64,000 bases of DNA from Escherichia phage BEU50: sequence record OM632671.1; one strand, given 5' to 3'. A program made the translations under genes and the position numbers. Below the pieces are notes generated by a model. That model was not told where the DNA came from, ran no database searches, and worked only from the letters and a program-made list of their open reading frames with translations. Below, piece after piece: positions 29,219 to 42,327 of the stretch (within the stretch, counting starts at the first letter, position 1; every line of letters starts with the position of its first letter).

Positions 29219-29518
29219 AACCATACCCATAACTGCTGGCCCAATCTGGGTTACTGCACCAGAGGTTTGACCTGCTGCGATGTTCTGAGCATTATAACCG
29301 TGGTCACCACCAATTTCAGCTTCGGTCAAGAAAGAACCAAATGCCTGAGCGATTTTCTCGTCTTTATATTCAGGGGATACTTCGAAATCTTTTTCCTGGT
29401 TTTCGAAGATTTTAGCGATAATAGCCTGCTTGCTATTAGCGATTTCCGGCAGGCCTTCACCTTCCAGCAGTTCTTTCCATTTGTCTACGAGCTGAGCTTT
29501 AGTTTTGATAGTAGTCAT
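29219..29518 (-). pseudogene. 23: Major capsid protein gp23 N-terminal fragment (first 100 codons only)
   Basis: MTTIKTKAQLVDKWKELLEGEGLPEIANSKQAIIAKIFENQEKDF...GPAVMGMV matches T4 gp23 residues 1-100, then SF-stop where T4 continues RRAIPNL; no remainder of gene 23 in the window. Confidence 0.8.
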
Positions 29519-29535
29519 TTGTGTTAACCTTTAAA

Positions 29536-30348
29536 TTAGAAACGAGATGCGACTTTCGCATATAAACTTACATTAGAATTCTGTTCTACCTGAGTTGTGG
29601 TAGTGTCAACTGCTTCGGCAACAAAATTAAGACCGGCAGCGTCATTGTCAACTGTATTTATACTTTCGGTAATAGCGGCTTCTTCTTTAGTAGAACCTTT
29701 AACCATTTCTACAATAGCAGTTAACTTAGTACCAAATGCGTCAGAATAATCCATACCTTCAACCAGGCCAATAACTTTTTCTTTCTGAGATTCAGTCAGG
29801 TCTTTTACGCTTTCATTAATAGCGGTTTCACGCTGAACGTAATTGATATATGCATCACGTTTGGTAACTTCTTCGAACAATCGAGCGGTTTCTTCTTTAT
29901 GTTCGGCCAGCTCTTCTTCCATTTCTGCTACAACATCTACAGATTCTTCTGGAACAACAACGTTATGTTCAACAAACAGTTCTTTCAGACCACCAAGCAT
30001 GGATTCGAACAAATCAGCTTTAATGCCTTTATCAACTGCGATTTGGTTTTCTGCGAGCCATTCTTTTGCAAGATGGTCTAGGAATTTAGAAGCTTGTTCA
30101 GCCAATTTTTTATCAGCTTTCTCTTCAGCATCTTCTTTAGCCTTTTCAACTTCTTCTTCGGCCTTTTCGGCGATGGCTTTGATATGAGATTCAGCCAGTT
30201 TGACTGCTTCCTGCTTAACGGTGGCTTCGAATACAGTGCTGAAATTAGCTTTAACGTCCGGAGACAGTTCTACTGATTCGAAAACACTATTAAGAGCAAC
30301 TGAAGTCTCGATGTTCTGAGCTTCTTTCAAAAGTTGTTCTTTGATCAT
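29536..30348 (-). CDS. 22: Prohead scaffold protein gp22
   Basis: 270 aa, acidic coiled-coil-rich; synteny upstream of 23. Confidence 0.85.
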   Translation of the reverse strand: MIKEQLLKEAQNIETSVALNSVFESVELSPDVKANFSTVFEATVKQEAVKLAESHIKAIAEKAEEEVEKAKEDAEEKADKKLAEQASKFLDHLAKEWLAENQIAVDKGIKADLFESMLGGLKELFVEHNVVVPEESVDVVAEMEEELAEHKEETARLFEEVTKRDAYINYVQRETAINESVKDLTESQKEKVIGLVEGMDYSDAFGTKLTAIVEMVKGSTKEEAAITESINTVDNDAAGLNFVAEAVDTTTTQVEQNSNVSLYAKVASRF

Positions 30349-30381
30349 TTTAGTGTCCTGTGGTTTAGATTACATTATTAT

Positions 30382-31023
30382 TTATAATGCTTTTAAACTC
30401 TCTGCGAGAGCTTTAAATGCTTCGTCAGCACTGTTTTTGGTGATTTCCACCGAATTTTCTGATTCTGATATTTGTTTAGGAGTAACCCAAGCATCTGGAG
30501 CAGAAGGTCCCCATACGGCATCTACGCCGACGGTTAATTTAAATCCTTCGTTCACGATACGGTACCCTTTATTGGTGTCGGTTAAAGAACCAAGACCACG
30601 AGAGGAAACACCTGGAATCCAACCAGCTCGTATATTAGCAGCTAATTTATCGCCGGGACCATGGTCGCCTTCAATAATTCTAGCACGTCCATATACATCG
30701 TTTCCTTTCCACCACATATCTTCAATAATGATAGCGGCTTGCATAGGGTCAACATTTGCACGAGGTGGATGGTTTAATTCTCCAAGGGCTTGTTTGGTTG
30801 CGACTTGTTCTTTAATATAGTCACTTACTGCTTTTTCCAAAACGCGTTTAGGATATAAACGTTTATTTCGGTTAACAACCTCTGCCTGAAGAAAAATACC
30901 TTCTATATAAAGCCCTGGTTTTAAGCCAGAATCTTTTCCATCATGAGATTCCAACATTGGAACGCCATCAATAATCTCACCGGGTTGACCCCAAGTTTCA
31001 ATAAGTAACTCGGGTTTATTCAT
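30382..31023 (-). CDS. 21: Prohead protease gp21
   Basis: 213 aa (T4 212 aa); synteny 20-67-68-21-22-23. Confidence 0.9.
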   Translation of the reverse strand: MNKPELLIETWGQPGEIIDGVPMLESHDGKDSGLKPGLYIEGIFLQAEVVNRNKRLYPKRVLEKAVSDYIKEQVATKQALGELNHPPRANVDPMQAAIIIEDMWWKGNDVYGRARIIEGDHGPGDKLAANIRAGWIPGVSSRGLGSLTDTNKGYRIVNEGFKLTVGVDAVWGPSAPDAWVTPKQISESENSVEITKNSADEAFKALAESLKAL

Positions 31024-31448
31024 TAGCTTAATCCTAATGCTTTACGACGTTTAAGAGCTTTTTTACGCTTACGCAAGCCTTTAACTTGGCCTGAAGGGTT
31101 AGCTTTTTTAGCTTTAACGACCTTACGAGCGATTTGTCTACGTTTTGCTTTAGAAAGACCAGTGGTTTGGAACGCGTTACGTTCACGAGTTTTACGGTCT
31201 TTAGTGCGGGTAACTTCACCACGAGAAGAAACATGTTTAACGATAAACTCATTTAACTGTTCTTCATTAATAATGGAAGCCATTGCAACAGCTAAATCCG
31301 TTTCAGTTTCAAGCATGTTCTCGATAATAGTATTTATATCGTCAATATCGAGAGCAGAAGACAATGCATCGATTCGGCCCTGTGCTTCAGGAATAAGTGC
31401 TTCGACATTTTCGAGTACCAATTCATAAGATTCAGGGATAAGATACAT
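31023..31448 (-). CDS. 68: Prohead core protein gp68
   Basis: 141 aa, same size as T4 gp68. Confidence 0.8.
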   Translation of the reverse strand: MYLIPESYELVLENVEALIPEAQGRIDALSSALDIDDINTIIENMLETETDLAVAMASIINEEQLNEFIVKHVSSRGEVTRTKDRKTRERNAFQTTGLSKAKRRQIARKVVKAKKANPSGQVKGLRKRKKALKRRKALGLS

Positions 31449-31684
31449 TATTCATCGTCCTCATCATCTTCGTCTTCGTCGTCATCGCCTTCATCAGCGT
31501 CGTCTTCCGAAGCTTTAGCTTTCTTTTCTTCTTCAGGTTCTTCGCCTTCAATCAAAAATTGAGAAGCGATTTCTGCTTTGCGTGCTTCAATCAAACGAAC
31601 CGTTTTTTCTGCCATTGCACTTTCAAAAAACTTTCGAGTAGCAACGAGGTCGTTTGATTTAATAGCTTGAATTAAATCGTCCAT
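31448..31684 (-). CDS. 67: Prohead core protein gp67
   Basis: 78 aa with poly-acidic C-terminus ([11 protein letters not shown]). Confidence 0.75.
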   Translation of the reverse strand: MDDLIQAIKSNDLVATRKFFESAMAEKTVRLIEARKAEIASQFLIEGEEPEEEKKAKASEDDADEGDDDEDEDDEDDE

Positions 31685-33255
31685 TAAAAATCCTCTTGTT
31701 CTTGGTCGGGGTCTTGGAAACGAGCCTCTTTCGACTCTTCTTCAATTTGCTTAGCCTCTTGTTCAATTTCCTCATCAGACATCTGAAGAATATCTTTCAT
31801 AGCTGTTCTGTGAGAAATATATTTACCAATAAATGGTTCGGCCATCTGAAGCATATTAATTCGACGCTCCAGAATCTCAGCATCCTTTAATTCCGAGAAA
31901 TAACTATCCCGATGAAATTTTATCTTAATATTATTTATTTCATCATTCCACTCATCTTCTGTAATAATTCCTTTAAGAATTAAATTAGTTTTAAGCGGGT
32001 CTAGGAATATCTCTTCAAATTTATGTTGCAGCTCACGAATAAATTTACCAAATGACAATTCATCTCGTGTAATAGAAGTACCAGCATCAAACTGTATACC
32101 ACCTTGGTCACTTGGAATACGGGTAATAGGAATACGTAAAGCCATATAAAGTGCATTACGGAACCAACGTACATCTTCCATATTTCCAGTATTATCTGCA
32201 CCTGGTAATGTGTCAACTTCTGTTACTGCTTTACCATCACGTCGTTGTAACCAATAATCTTCGGTCATCGACATAATATGCTGCTGGTTTTTAATCTTGC
32301 CTGTAGTAGCATCATATGCAATACGGTTTTTCATCGTATTCATAACATGTTGCATATGTTCTGCTGCTTTTCTTGAAGGCATATTACCTGTATCAACGTA
32401 CCATACACGACGATCGGGAGCACGAGTAATACGATAAATTACGACGGCATCTTCAAGAAGTTTTAATTGGTTCGCTGGCTTAATAGCCCGATGCAAATAA
32501 CCGATGATATTTTTACCACAACAATCAACTAAACCAGAATGGGCATAAACAATCGCGGCTTTAGGGATTTTTATTTTTGTGCCAGCTTCATATATGCGAC
32601 CATCACAAGCATAAGATTCGTGTGATGTGTCATAAATGAAATATTCTTTATAACCCTTGACTATTTTAACACCGGCTTCAGTGGTTGTAATAACTTCACG
32701 GACATATTGAACTTGACGTGGGTCTAAACGACGAAGCTCTTTAATACCTTCTTTAGGGCGTTTAGGGTCAATAATTTTATGGAAGAAAATTCGAGAATCC
32801 ACATACCAACGTCTAAAATGATCTGAACCTTTACGTTGGAAAGATAAATGATTTAACACTTCGTTAAATTCATCCAACATCATTGATTTGATATTTGGAC
32901 TAAATTTTGTGTTGTCTAAATTTATAGAAACGACTTCTGTATCATCTTCATATACGATAGCATCGGAAACTATTTCAGAGACCGCATTGTCTACTTCATA
33001 GTTCGTCATCAAATTTCGATAAGTATCGATTAATTCACGGGTTGATTTGAGCCCTGGTTCTTGACTACCGAACATTCTCTGAAACATAGCATTATATGTT
33101 TGCTGTGCTTCATTTTCAGATACTTCGTATTCTTTAGCGCCGTCGTCTAATTTTGGCGCGGTGATAGATTCTAAATTTTCTTTTTCTTGGTCTTTGTAAT
33201 CACGTTCGTCCATTTTTGCCCATGGAGCAAACAAACTTAAGATATTAAATTTCAT
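31684..33255 (-). CDS. 20: Portal vertex protein gp20
   Basis: 523 aa (T4 524 aa); synteny. Confidence 0.9.
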   Translation of the reverse strand: MKFNILSLFAPWAKMDERDYKDQEKENLESITAPKLDDGAKEYEVSENEAQQTYNAMFQRMFGSQEPGLKSTRELIDTYRNLMTNYEVDNAVSEIVSDAIVYEDDTEVVSINLDNTKFSPNIKSMMLDEFNEVLNHLSFQRKGSDHFRRWYVDSRIFFHKIIDPKRPKEGIKELRRLDPRQVQYVREVITTTEAGVKIVKGYKEYFIYDTSHESYACDGRIYEAGTKIKIPKAAIVYAHSGLVDCCGKNIIGYLHRAIKPANQLKLLEDAVVIYRITRAPDRRVWYVDTGNMPSRKAAEHMQHVMNTMKNRIAYDATTGKIKNQQHIMSMTEDYWLQRRDGKAVTEVDTLPGADNTGNMEDVRWFRNALYMALRIPITRIPSDQGGIQFDAGTSITRDELSFGKFIRELQHKFEEIFLDPLKTNLILKGIITEDEWNDEINNIKIKFHRDSYFSELKDAEILERRINMLQMAEPFIGKYISHRTAMKDILQMSDEEIEQEAKQIEEESKEARFQDPDQEQEDF

Positions 33256-33283
33256 TGTATTCTCCGAATGGGAATTATAGTTA

Positions 33284-33291
33284 TATTTATA
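33284..33291 (-). promoter_or_regulatory. Late promoter TATAAATA for gene 20
   Basis: Plus-strand TATTTATA about 29 bp upstream of gene 20 start. Confidence 0.5.
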
Positions 33292-33339
33292 TGGACTTCT
33301 CCGTCATCACGGGAAGCTGGGGATTTCTCCCCAACCAGA

Positions 33340-33831
33340 TTATTCCCACCAATCAAGAGCAAGAGTTACTTCGAACGTTTCAATCTCGTTATTCGAATCC
33401 CAATCAAGAGATACTTCACCAACGTTAGTAGGCCACAAGCCGACAATTTCAACTTCTTTAGTGACCGTTTTAGCATCACGAGCAAATTGACGAACGATAG
33501 CAGACTTTTTATATTCAGCAGGTTTACCACCGGTAATTTCATTACCTTGTCCTGCTGCAATACCTTGCCAATCAACAAATTTCTGACGAATGCTATGAGC
33601 ATCATCGTTCATTACTGTAATAGTCCAATCATCGAATGTACGATCACCGGCCACGTTAATTTTACGGTTCATATAAGAAACAGGAACCTTTTCAACAATC
33701 GCAGCAGGAAGAGCCGTAGCACGACACTGGAAGCTAAAGTTTTGCCCAAGATAAGAGATTTCTACTTCGAACAGGTTAGGGCGAGCGAAATCACCTGATT
33801 CGAAGGCACGAGTTACGTCATCTACAAACAT
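33340..33831 (-). CDS. 19: Tail tube protein gp19
   Basis: 163 aa, same size as T4 gp19. Confidence 0.9.
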   Translation of the reverse strand: MFVDDVTRAFESGDFARPNLFEVEISYLGQNFSFQCRATALPAAIVEKVPVSYMNRKINVAGDRTFDDWTITVMNDDAHSIRQKFVDWQGIAAGQGNEITGGKPAEYKKSAIVRQFARDAKTVTKEVEIVGLWPTNVGEVSLDWDSNNEIETFEVTLALDWWE

Positions 33832-33903
33832 ATTAGCCTCTGTAGTAATATGGGCTTAGGATTAACCGGATGCCCATAGAATTAATTTTTAAACGATATA
33901 GTA

Positions 33904-33911
33904 TATTTATA
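33904..33911 (-). promoter_or_regulatory. Late promoter TATAAATA for gene 19
   Basis: Plus-strand TATTTATA between genes 18 and 19, adjacent to ATGGGCTA...TAGCCCAT hairpin. Confidence 0.45.
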
Positions 33912-33943
33912 TGGGCTACCGAAATAGCCCATCAGGCGTCTTA

Positions 33944-35926
33944 TTAGGCACCTACAGCACCAATTAGTTCGTCGAAATCGGCACCCGTTGCTGTTGCTAC
34001 AAAGTTCAACGTAATATAATTTATCGATCTCGCAGGTTGTAAGTAGAAAGTAGCTACAAATTCATTACGGTCGATAACTGCTGGGGTGTTATTGGTAGTA
34101 TCACAAACAACTTTAAAGTTATATACACCACCGAGAGCTTTAATACCCTGTAGATATTGAGAAGTCTCTGTACGGAAAGAAGAACGGGTAAATGCGTTGT
34201 TCAATTCAAACAGGCGATATTTAGATGCTGAACCAATGTTCGTTTTAACCATATTGAACAAACGACGAACGTTAATACGGTCAAATGGCGAAGGAACGGA
34301 AGTGGCAGTTTTATCACCGTACAGAACATACCCATCACCACCGGTACCAGTAACAGGGTTAATAGCTTCCTGGTACAAACGATCACGCTGCGCTTGGCGA
34401 GTTTCAATTGCAAGCTTAATAACGTTAAGAATTTGTCCACGGTTATAACCGGCAGGAGACATCCAAGGCTGAGAAATATTGTCTGTGCGAGCACAAAGAC
34501 CAGCAATATCAGCAGCTAATGGAACCCAACGATTCACATCATTATATTTGTCATATTGATATTTATAGTTACCGTCAATAGCAGCATAAGTAGAACTTAC
34601 ATTAAAGTTATTATCAGTGTAAGTTCCTGACGCAGTACGCCAATCAACCAGATTATCAACTGCACGATTAACAGGAATACCGACTATAGTTGCACGTGGT
34701 GGTGAGCAAAGAACCAAACAATCTTGGCGAGAATCACCAATTGCTACAACATGTTTCTGAACTGTAGAAGCAACTTCTAAAGATTCACCTGCACAAGAAC
34801 CAGCAATAAACAACTGCGCATTAACAGATTCACGGTCAGCAAACAAATCCCAAGCTTCCATTAAATCACCAGCGTCAACAGTTTCATTAGATGATAAGCC
34901 ACCACCCAGTTTGATTACGCCAGAGAAACCTTTTGGCCAACCTTGTGCAGTAGCGAAAATATAATTGCTTGCGCCTTTAGCAAAGAAATCATCAATAAAG
35001 ATATTACTACCATAAATATCGCGTTCACCACGTTTAGTAGAAAGAACTACGCTCTGAACTACAGCATCGTTACGACGAACGATAATTGCATATTGGTCAT
35101 CAGTTTGTGGGCCATACCCAAAGATTGCTTTAGCAGTAGATGCACGAGTACCACCATCAGGATAAATTTTTAACTGGGCTGAAGCACCTTTGTCATAGTC
35201 TGCTTTAGATACGATTTCAATTTCGAGCTGGTCGCCAAGTTCACCAGGATAAAGAGCAACTACGCCTGGGACACCATATTTTTTAATAGATTCTTGGAAA
35301 GTTAGAGAAGTAATAGCTTCTTCAGAAGTTTCAACTTCAGTTAACAGAATACCCGAATCGGTTACGATAGAACCAATTGTAATAACGCCAGAGAGACCAG
35401 AAGAAGAACTGGCAACTTCGGCGGTCCAGTTAGAACCCAATGCCGGATATTCATTAATTTCTTTTGCACGAGCAATAATTTTACCGGTTGGGATATAAAT
35501 GTTACGAATTTTACCATCGACATCAACTGAAGTGACATAACCATCTGCTTCAACAGTTTCGGTCAAATACTTAACGATAATTTTATCACCAACTGCATAG
35601 TTACTACCAGCAGCAGAGATTGTGAATTCAATATTGCCTGCTACAGGAGATGAGTTCTTAGCAGCATCACGATCAACTGCGCGTACAACACGAAGGTCAT
35701 TACCATATTGAAGGAAGTTCATAGCAGACATGAAATAATCTGCTGTATCCGTATTAGGAGCACCAAACATATCAACCAATGCAACTTCATCAGTGATTTG
35801 TTTAATCTGGAATGCAGGTCCCCATTGGAATTTTCCAGCCAGGGCAGCAGTACCAGTGGAGTTATTAACTACAGTACTCTGTACGGTAGTTTCTTTGAGC
35901 TCAACGCCCGGAGAGAGAAGTGCCAT
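33944..35926 (-). CDS. 18: Tail sheath protein gp18
   Basis: 660 aa (T4 659 aa); synteny. Confidence 0.9.
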   Translation of the reverse strand: MALLSPGVELKETTVQSTVVNNSTGTAALAGKFQWGPAFQIKQITDEVALVDMFGAPNTDTADYFMSAMNFLQYGNDLRVVRAVDRDAAKNSSPVAGNIEFTISAAGSNYAVGDKIIVKYLTETVEADGYVTSVDVDGKIRNIYIPTGKIIARAKEINEYPALGSNWTAEVASSSSGLSGVITIGSIVTDSGILLTEVETSEEAITSLTFQESIKKYGVPGVVALYPGELGDQLEIEIVSKADYDKGASAQLKIYPDGGTRASTAKAIFGYGPQTDDQYAIIVRRNDAVVQSVVLSTKRGERDIYGSNIFIDDFFAKGASNYIFATAQGWPKGFSGVIKLGGGLSSNETVDAGDLMEAWDLFADRESVNAQLFIAGSCAGESLEVASTVQKHVVAIGDSRQDCLVLCSPPRATIVGIPVNRAVDNLVDWRTASGTYTDNNFNVSSTYAAIDGNYKYQYDKYNDVNRWVPLAADIAGLCARTDNISQPWMSPAGYNRGQILNVIKLAIETRQAQRDRLYQEAINPVTGTGGDGYVLYGDKTATSVPSPFDRINVRRLFNMVKTNIGSASKYRLFELNNAFTRSSFRTETSQYLQGIKALGGVYNFKVVCDTTNNTPAVIDRNEFVATFYLQPARSINYITLNFVATATGADFDELIGAVGA

Positions 35927-35953
35927 TTTAATTCCTCTTAATTTGCTTTATTT

Positions 35954-38279
<2,326 letters not shown>

Positions 38280-39101
38280 TTATTGTTTTCTAGGACCAGG
38301 AGGGGTTGGTGGAGTCGGGATTGGAATATCATGAGTATAAGTTTGTTCAACTTCACCATTCCAATCTTGTGCTTCAACGTCTCTCGGTTTAATTTCTGTA
38401 TCAACTGATTCAAAAACGCTGGCGGCTGTTTGAAGGTCTCGTTCATTAGCATGAAAATCAAGATAAGTCGTTTTAATAAGGCCTTCAGCTGCGCCTACCG
38501 GAGGATACATCCATCCATTTACTTCAAATGTTAATGACCACTCTAAACGTCGACGGGATAAATTATCACCGTCTATTTGTTCATCCATTGCTGCTGCCAT
38601 CCATACGACTTTAATATCCCTTTCAAATGGAATATCCTGCCCATATTGTTCAATCATAGTCGTATTAAAATGCGGCTGAAAATATGGAATAATTTGCTCA
38701 ACGATTTGGAACATATCATCTTCATAACGAGTAAAGATGCTCAGTTCAAAAATCATTTTAATTGGTGATGGGTTGTATTGGTCTACAATATCCTTAGTCG
38801 ATTTACTCAAAAGAGAGTTATTCAATATATTCGTTTTAAACGTTGGGTTATAAACGAAATCCACCATTTGGAGATTTATACGTGGTAGAATAGTTTCGAC
38901 TTTAGCCACATCTTCTTGTGAGTTTATAGAGGTCCATTTATTAAGTTTCATCATAAAGTGCTCTTTAGATGCATACGTAATAGGAACTCTAATTAATTTA
39001 TTGCCTGTAGACAATTGACGGTTAACTTGGATATTTGAAAACAAATCGCCCATCATTGTGATATATCGCCTGAACGACGAGTTGTAAAAATAGCCAAACA
39101 T
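38280..39101 (-). CDS. 15: Tail sheath stabiliser / tail terminator gp15
   Basis: About 273 aa starting MFGYFYNSSFRRY as T4 gp15. Confidence 0.85.
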   Translation of the reverse strand: MFGYFYNSSFRRYITMMGDLFSNIQVNRQLSTGNKLIRVPITYASKEHFMMKLNKWTSINSQEDVAKVETILPRINLQMVDFVYNPTFKTNILNNSLLSKSTKDIVDQYNPSPIKMIFELSIFTRYEDDMFQIVEQIIPYFQPHFNTTMIEQYGQDIPFERDIKVVWMAAAMDEQIDGDNLSRRRLEWSLTFEVNGWMYPPVGAAEGLIKTTYLDFHANERDLQTAASVFESVDTEIKPRDVEAQDWNGEVEQTYTHDIPIPTPPTPPGPRKQ

Positions 39102-39153
39102 CATTTCTCCTAACCGGCCTTTCGACCGGTGTTTGCTTTATCTTATCTATTTA

Positions 39154-39918
39154 TTAATTCATAAACCCATCGTCAAATGGTGAATTTTGTCTACCACGGT
39201 TGTTAACTACTACGTACGGTTCAACGTATTCACTTGCCTCTGAATTGATTTGCTCAACTTCAGAATATTCATCGATATTAATGTCATGGATACCGTCAAG
39301 ATTTCTAACAGGGTTAAGTTCCAAGTCACTAAATTCAGGTATATTGATACCTTCATTTTTCTGAAGCACCGGATTGATTTCTTCGCCAGAGTAAATAAAC
39401 TTGCCTGCAGTAATTTTACGAATCGCATTTTTACCTACTTGATAGAATGGGTCATATGGTTCAACCCAGTTAATCTCAAACAAACTGTTATCCATTGGGA
39501 AGTATATTAAATCACCTTCCTTGGGCTCCTGATTGTTGACCTGGTGTTTGAAAAGACCCGGGTTAATAGATAATGTAACTTCGTCTTGAACTTGCATTCC
39601 GAAGTTGCTGAAGAACGATTTCGCTCCTTCATAACCTTCAAAAGAGTTCAGATATGCAGCAAATTTCCATGCTTTAGTAAATTTATTTTTAAGGTCCTCA
39701 CCAAAGATAAGGTCCACGGCAACATATTCACGTGGAACATAAAAACATTCAATACCGCGCATCTGTATGCTTTCTGCTACTAACACATCAGCTAGGGTTT
39801 GACTATTTTCGTATTTGTTGAAGTTCACGTATTTGTTTAAAATCTCGGTTTCATTAGTTTTAGAATAGCCACCACGATTTTCTAGTTTGGCGAAAAGATT
39901 TTTATCATAAGTTGCCAT
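39154..39918 (-). CDS. 14: Neck protein gp14
   Basis: 254 aa (T4 256 aa); synteny. Confidence 0.85.
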   Translation of the reverse strand: MATYDKNLFAKLENRGGYSKTNETEILNKYVNFNKYENSQTLADVLVAESIQMRGIECFYVPREYVAVDLIFGEDLKNKFTKAWKFAAYLNSFEGYEGAKSFFSNFGMQVQDEVTLSINPGLFKHQVNNQEPKEGDLIYFPMDNSLFEINWVEPYDPFYQVGKNAIRKITAGKFIYSGEEINPVLQKNEGINIPEFSDLELNPVRNLDGIHDINIDEYSEVEQINSEASEYVEPYVVVNNRGRQNSPFDDGFMN

Positions 39919-39919
39919 A

Positions 39920-40846
39920 TTAACCTACCAAAATACCTGCAGGAGGGTCCAGTAAATATAACTCTTCTCGTAAAGCTTCTTTCTCTAAACGAGCTTCTTC
40001 AATTAATCGAACACCATCAACAGTGACGCCGCCTGGTAACATCATACCTTGATGTTTAGCAAGAATTTGTCCATTAAGCTCTTTAGCTAATGCAGTTGCA
40101 TAATCTTTAACCCAGCGGTTGTTATATGCGCCTTGTTTGGTTGCAGGATCTTCACCAACTCGGCGTCCGACCAAATTATGGTCTGGATTATCATAACGTT
40201 CAGAAATAGTCCATGAATCACGAGGACCAACCTGACCGTACCCTACTGTATTTCCTACCATCTTATGGGTCTCGATATAAGAGCGAACATACGATTCAAC
40301 GATAATGACATCTTTCTGTCTAAAGTTACCCATTACTTTTAATTGCTCGTTTGCAGAGTTAAACCAAAAATCTGGAAGAGGAGCAATCATATCTTGAAGC
40401 ATACCCATATAAGATACTAATTGAGAATAATACCCAAGATCAGCGCCAAAAGCGTTCGGGCCGTAGAATTTACCGCAATTACTACCCATACCACCTGAAA
40501 CACCTGCCATTCCTAAAAGGAAATCAGTGAACCATGGATAAGTTGCATTACCATCCATTGAAGTAATAGAGCCAACGTTTGTTCTTATAATTCTTGTTAC
40601 AGCAAATACGTTAGAACCACGCATATCAAATACGCCGTGACGGTATTTTTCTTCGTCATCAACAAAAAATACATGGAACCCTTTATTCAACCCGTCAAAA
40701 TGGTATTCGCCATAAAGTTCTAACGCTCGTGAAATACAATCATAAATTTGGTCTGTAGTTAATTCAACATTTACAATAGGAGCGCCTAAACGACGTAATA
40801 TTACGTCCTTTAATTCTTTAGGGTTTTGTGCATTATAACCTGACAT
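39920..40846 (-). CDS. 13: Neck protein gp13
   Basis: 308 aa (T4 309 aa); synteny. Confidence 0.85.
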   Translation of the reverse strand: MSGYNAQNPKELKDVILRRLGAPIVNVELTTDQIYDCISRALELYGEYHFDGLNKGFHVFFVDDEEKYRHGVFDMRGSNVFAVTRIIRTNVGSITSMDGNATYPWFTDFLLGMAGVSGGMGSNCGKFYGPNAFGADLGYYSQLVSYMGMLQDMIAPLPDFWFNSANEQLKVMGNFRQKDVIIVESYVRSYIETHKMVGNTVGYGQVGPRDSWTISERYDNPDHNLVGRRVGEDPATKQGAYNNRWVKDYATALAKELNGQILAKHQGMMLPGGVTVDGVRLIEEARLEKEALREELYLLDPPAGILVG

Positions 40847-40878
40847 ATAAATCCTTTAGGGCCCGAAGGCCCTTTTCA

Positions 40879-42327
40879 TTAAGCTGTAGGAAGTTCAACC
40901 CATGCGCCATCTTTGCGAACATAGAATTTACCGTCTGAAGGAGCATCTTCAATATATCCAGCGTCCTTAAGAGTTTGGATTTCAGCTTCTGCAGCGGCCA
41001 AATCAGTTTCAAGAGTAGCAATTCTAGAAGTTAAACCATTAATTGTCGTATCATGACTTTTAACTGTAGGCAATATACCGCGTTCTTCAACAGTTGAACC
41101 ATTTGGGTTGGTGCCATTTATAAGAGTATTTAATGTGTTTACAGAACCCTTAATTCCTGTGGAATTAGTCCCAACATCAGTTTGAATGTTCTGAATGTCA
41201 TTACTCAGCCCACCGATAGTTCCTTCAAGCTCTCGAGTACGATAAAGCAAAGAGCCGTCTGGTTCCGGTTTCCCACCTGAAGCGTCAACACCAACTACGT
41301 TATTTAACCATGACACATTAAAACGCAATCCTGACGAAGAATCAGAGCCGACAACAGTGTTCAATGCTCCGATAGCATCAGTATTGAGTTTAATACGTCC
41401 TTGGATTGTAGTAGGCAAATCATCAGCGCCAATGGCAGTTTCTACTGTAGTCAAACGAGGTTTAATACCACCGGATTGATTGAGCTCAAGATTAATGTCG
41501 TTTATTGCTGAACTATTCGCATTAGTTGTAGTAATAATAGAAGTCGTATTAGGATACCCAATAGACTGTTTAATGCCATCCAAGTCAGCATTTTGACGCG
41601 ACAAAGTTAAATCAATACTGGAAAGACGACTAAACACTGGAGTAGTGAAAGAAGTACGAGGCCCCATTTCTTCGCGCAAGTGTTCGACTTCAATAGTTAA
41701 AGAGCCGACGTCAGAATCAGCAAATTTAGTTTCTAAATCGGTTAATCGAACACCGTGGTCAACAATTACGGAGCTATTAGTCATAATACGGCGTTTCATA
41801 CCAGTGCTATCATTTCCTGGAGTAGGAACCCCATTAATATCTTGACCAGTATATTGTCCTAATTCATTTTTAATCCAAAGCAGGTCATTACGAACCGTTC
41901 TATAAACTGAATCCGTTTCCTGATTATAAACACCAATATCATCAGTATTCGCATCAATATGTTCATTCAAATCATTCAATTCACTGGCATGGGTTTGAAC
42001 TGTGACTTTAATGACATCGATATCTTGGGTGTTCTGACCTATCTGTGAAAGAGCATCAACATCCCCAGAAACATCTAAAATACCTTGAATAACTTTGATA
42101 TCTTCATTGGCCGTATTCAAAGAAGATGCTATAGTTTTAATATTAACATCTAACGCTTCTACGTTACGTTGAACTTCAACAATAGGACGGTTCATTACAC
42201 CTTCAGAACCGTATTTTGTGTCAGCACCTGTTATTTCTTCATCGTTTTTAATCCATTCAATACGACTCTGACCCGCGTCTGGCGGGCCGTCAACATATGG
42301 TAAATCTACCAGAGTTATATCAGCCAT
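40879..42327 (-). CDS. wac: Fibritin (whisker antigen control)
   Basis: 482 aa coiled-coil protein; C-terminal foldon-like GYIEDAPSDGKFYVRKDGAWVELP. Confidence 0.85.
   Translation of the reverse strand: MADITLVDLPYVDGPPDAGQSRIEWIKNDEEITGADTKYGSEGVMNRPIVEVQRNVEALDVNIKTIASSLNTANEDIKVIQGILDVSGDVDALSQIGQNTQDIDVIKVTVQTHASELNDLNEHIDANTDDIGVYNQETDSVYRTVRNDLLWIKNELGQYTGQDINGVPTPGNDSTGMKRRIMTNSSVIVDHGVRLTDLETKFADSDVGSLTIEVEHLREEMGPRTSFTTPVFSRLSSIDLTLSRQNADLDGIKQSIGYPNTTSIITTTNANSSAINDINLELNQSGGIKPRLTTVETAIGADDLPTTIQGRIKLNTDAIGALNTVVGSDSSSGLRFNVSWLNNVVGVDASGGKPEPDGSLLYRTRELEGTIGGLSNDIQNIQTDVGTNSTGIKGSVNTLNTLINGTNPNGSTVEERGILPTVKSHDTTINGLTSRIATLETDLAAAEAEIQTLKDAGYIEDAPSDGKFYVRKDGAWVELPTA

Noticed and set aside
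28556-29527. 323-aa ORF in the six-frame track that looks like a full-length nrdB
   Set aside because: Only the first 217 codons (to 29218) are nrdB; the remainder is read-through in the antisense of the gene 23 fragment (LEANHTHNCWPNLGYC...), an artefact of the junction rather than a real C-terminal domain.
29519-29560. Late promoter for gene 23 in the 22-23 intergenic region
   Set aside because: No TATAAATA match on the minus strand in the 17-bp intergenic spacer or the adjacent gene 22 3' end; only ATTTAAAG is present, so no promoter is called.
40861-40877. GGGCCC-GAAG-GCCC hairpin between wac and gene 13 as a terminator
   Set aside because: The U-run follows the hairpin on the plus strand, but the flanking genes are transcribed on the minus strand; more likely an RNA stability or processing element than a terminator, and the evidence is too weak to call.
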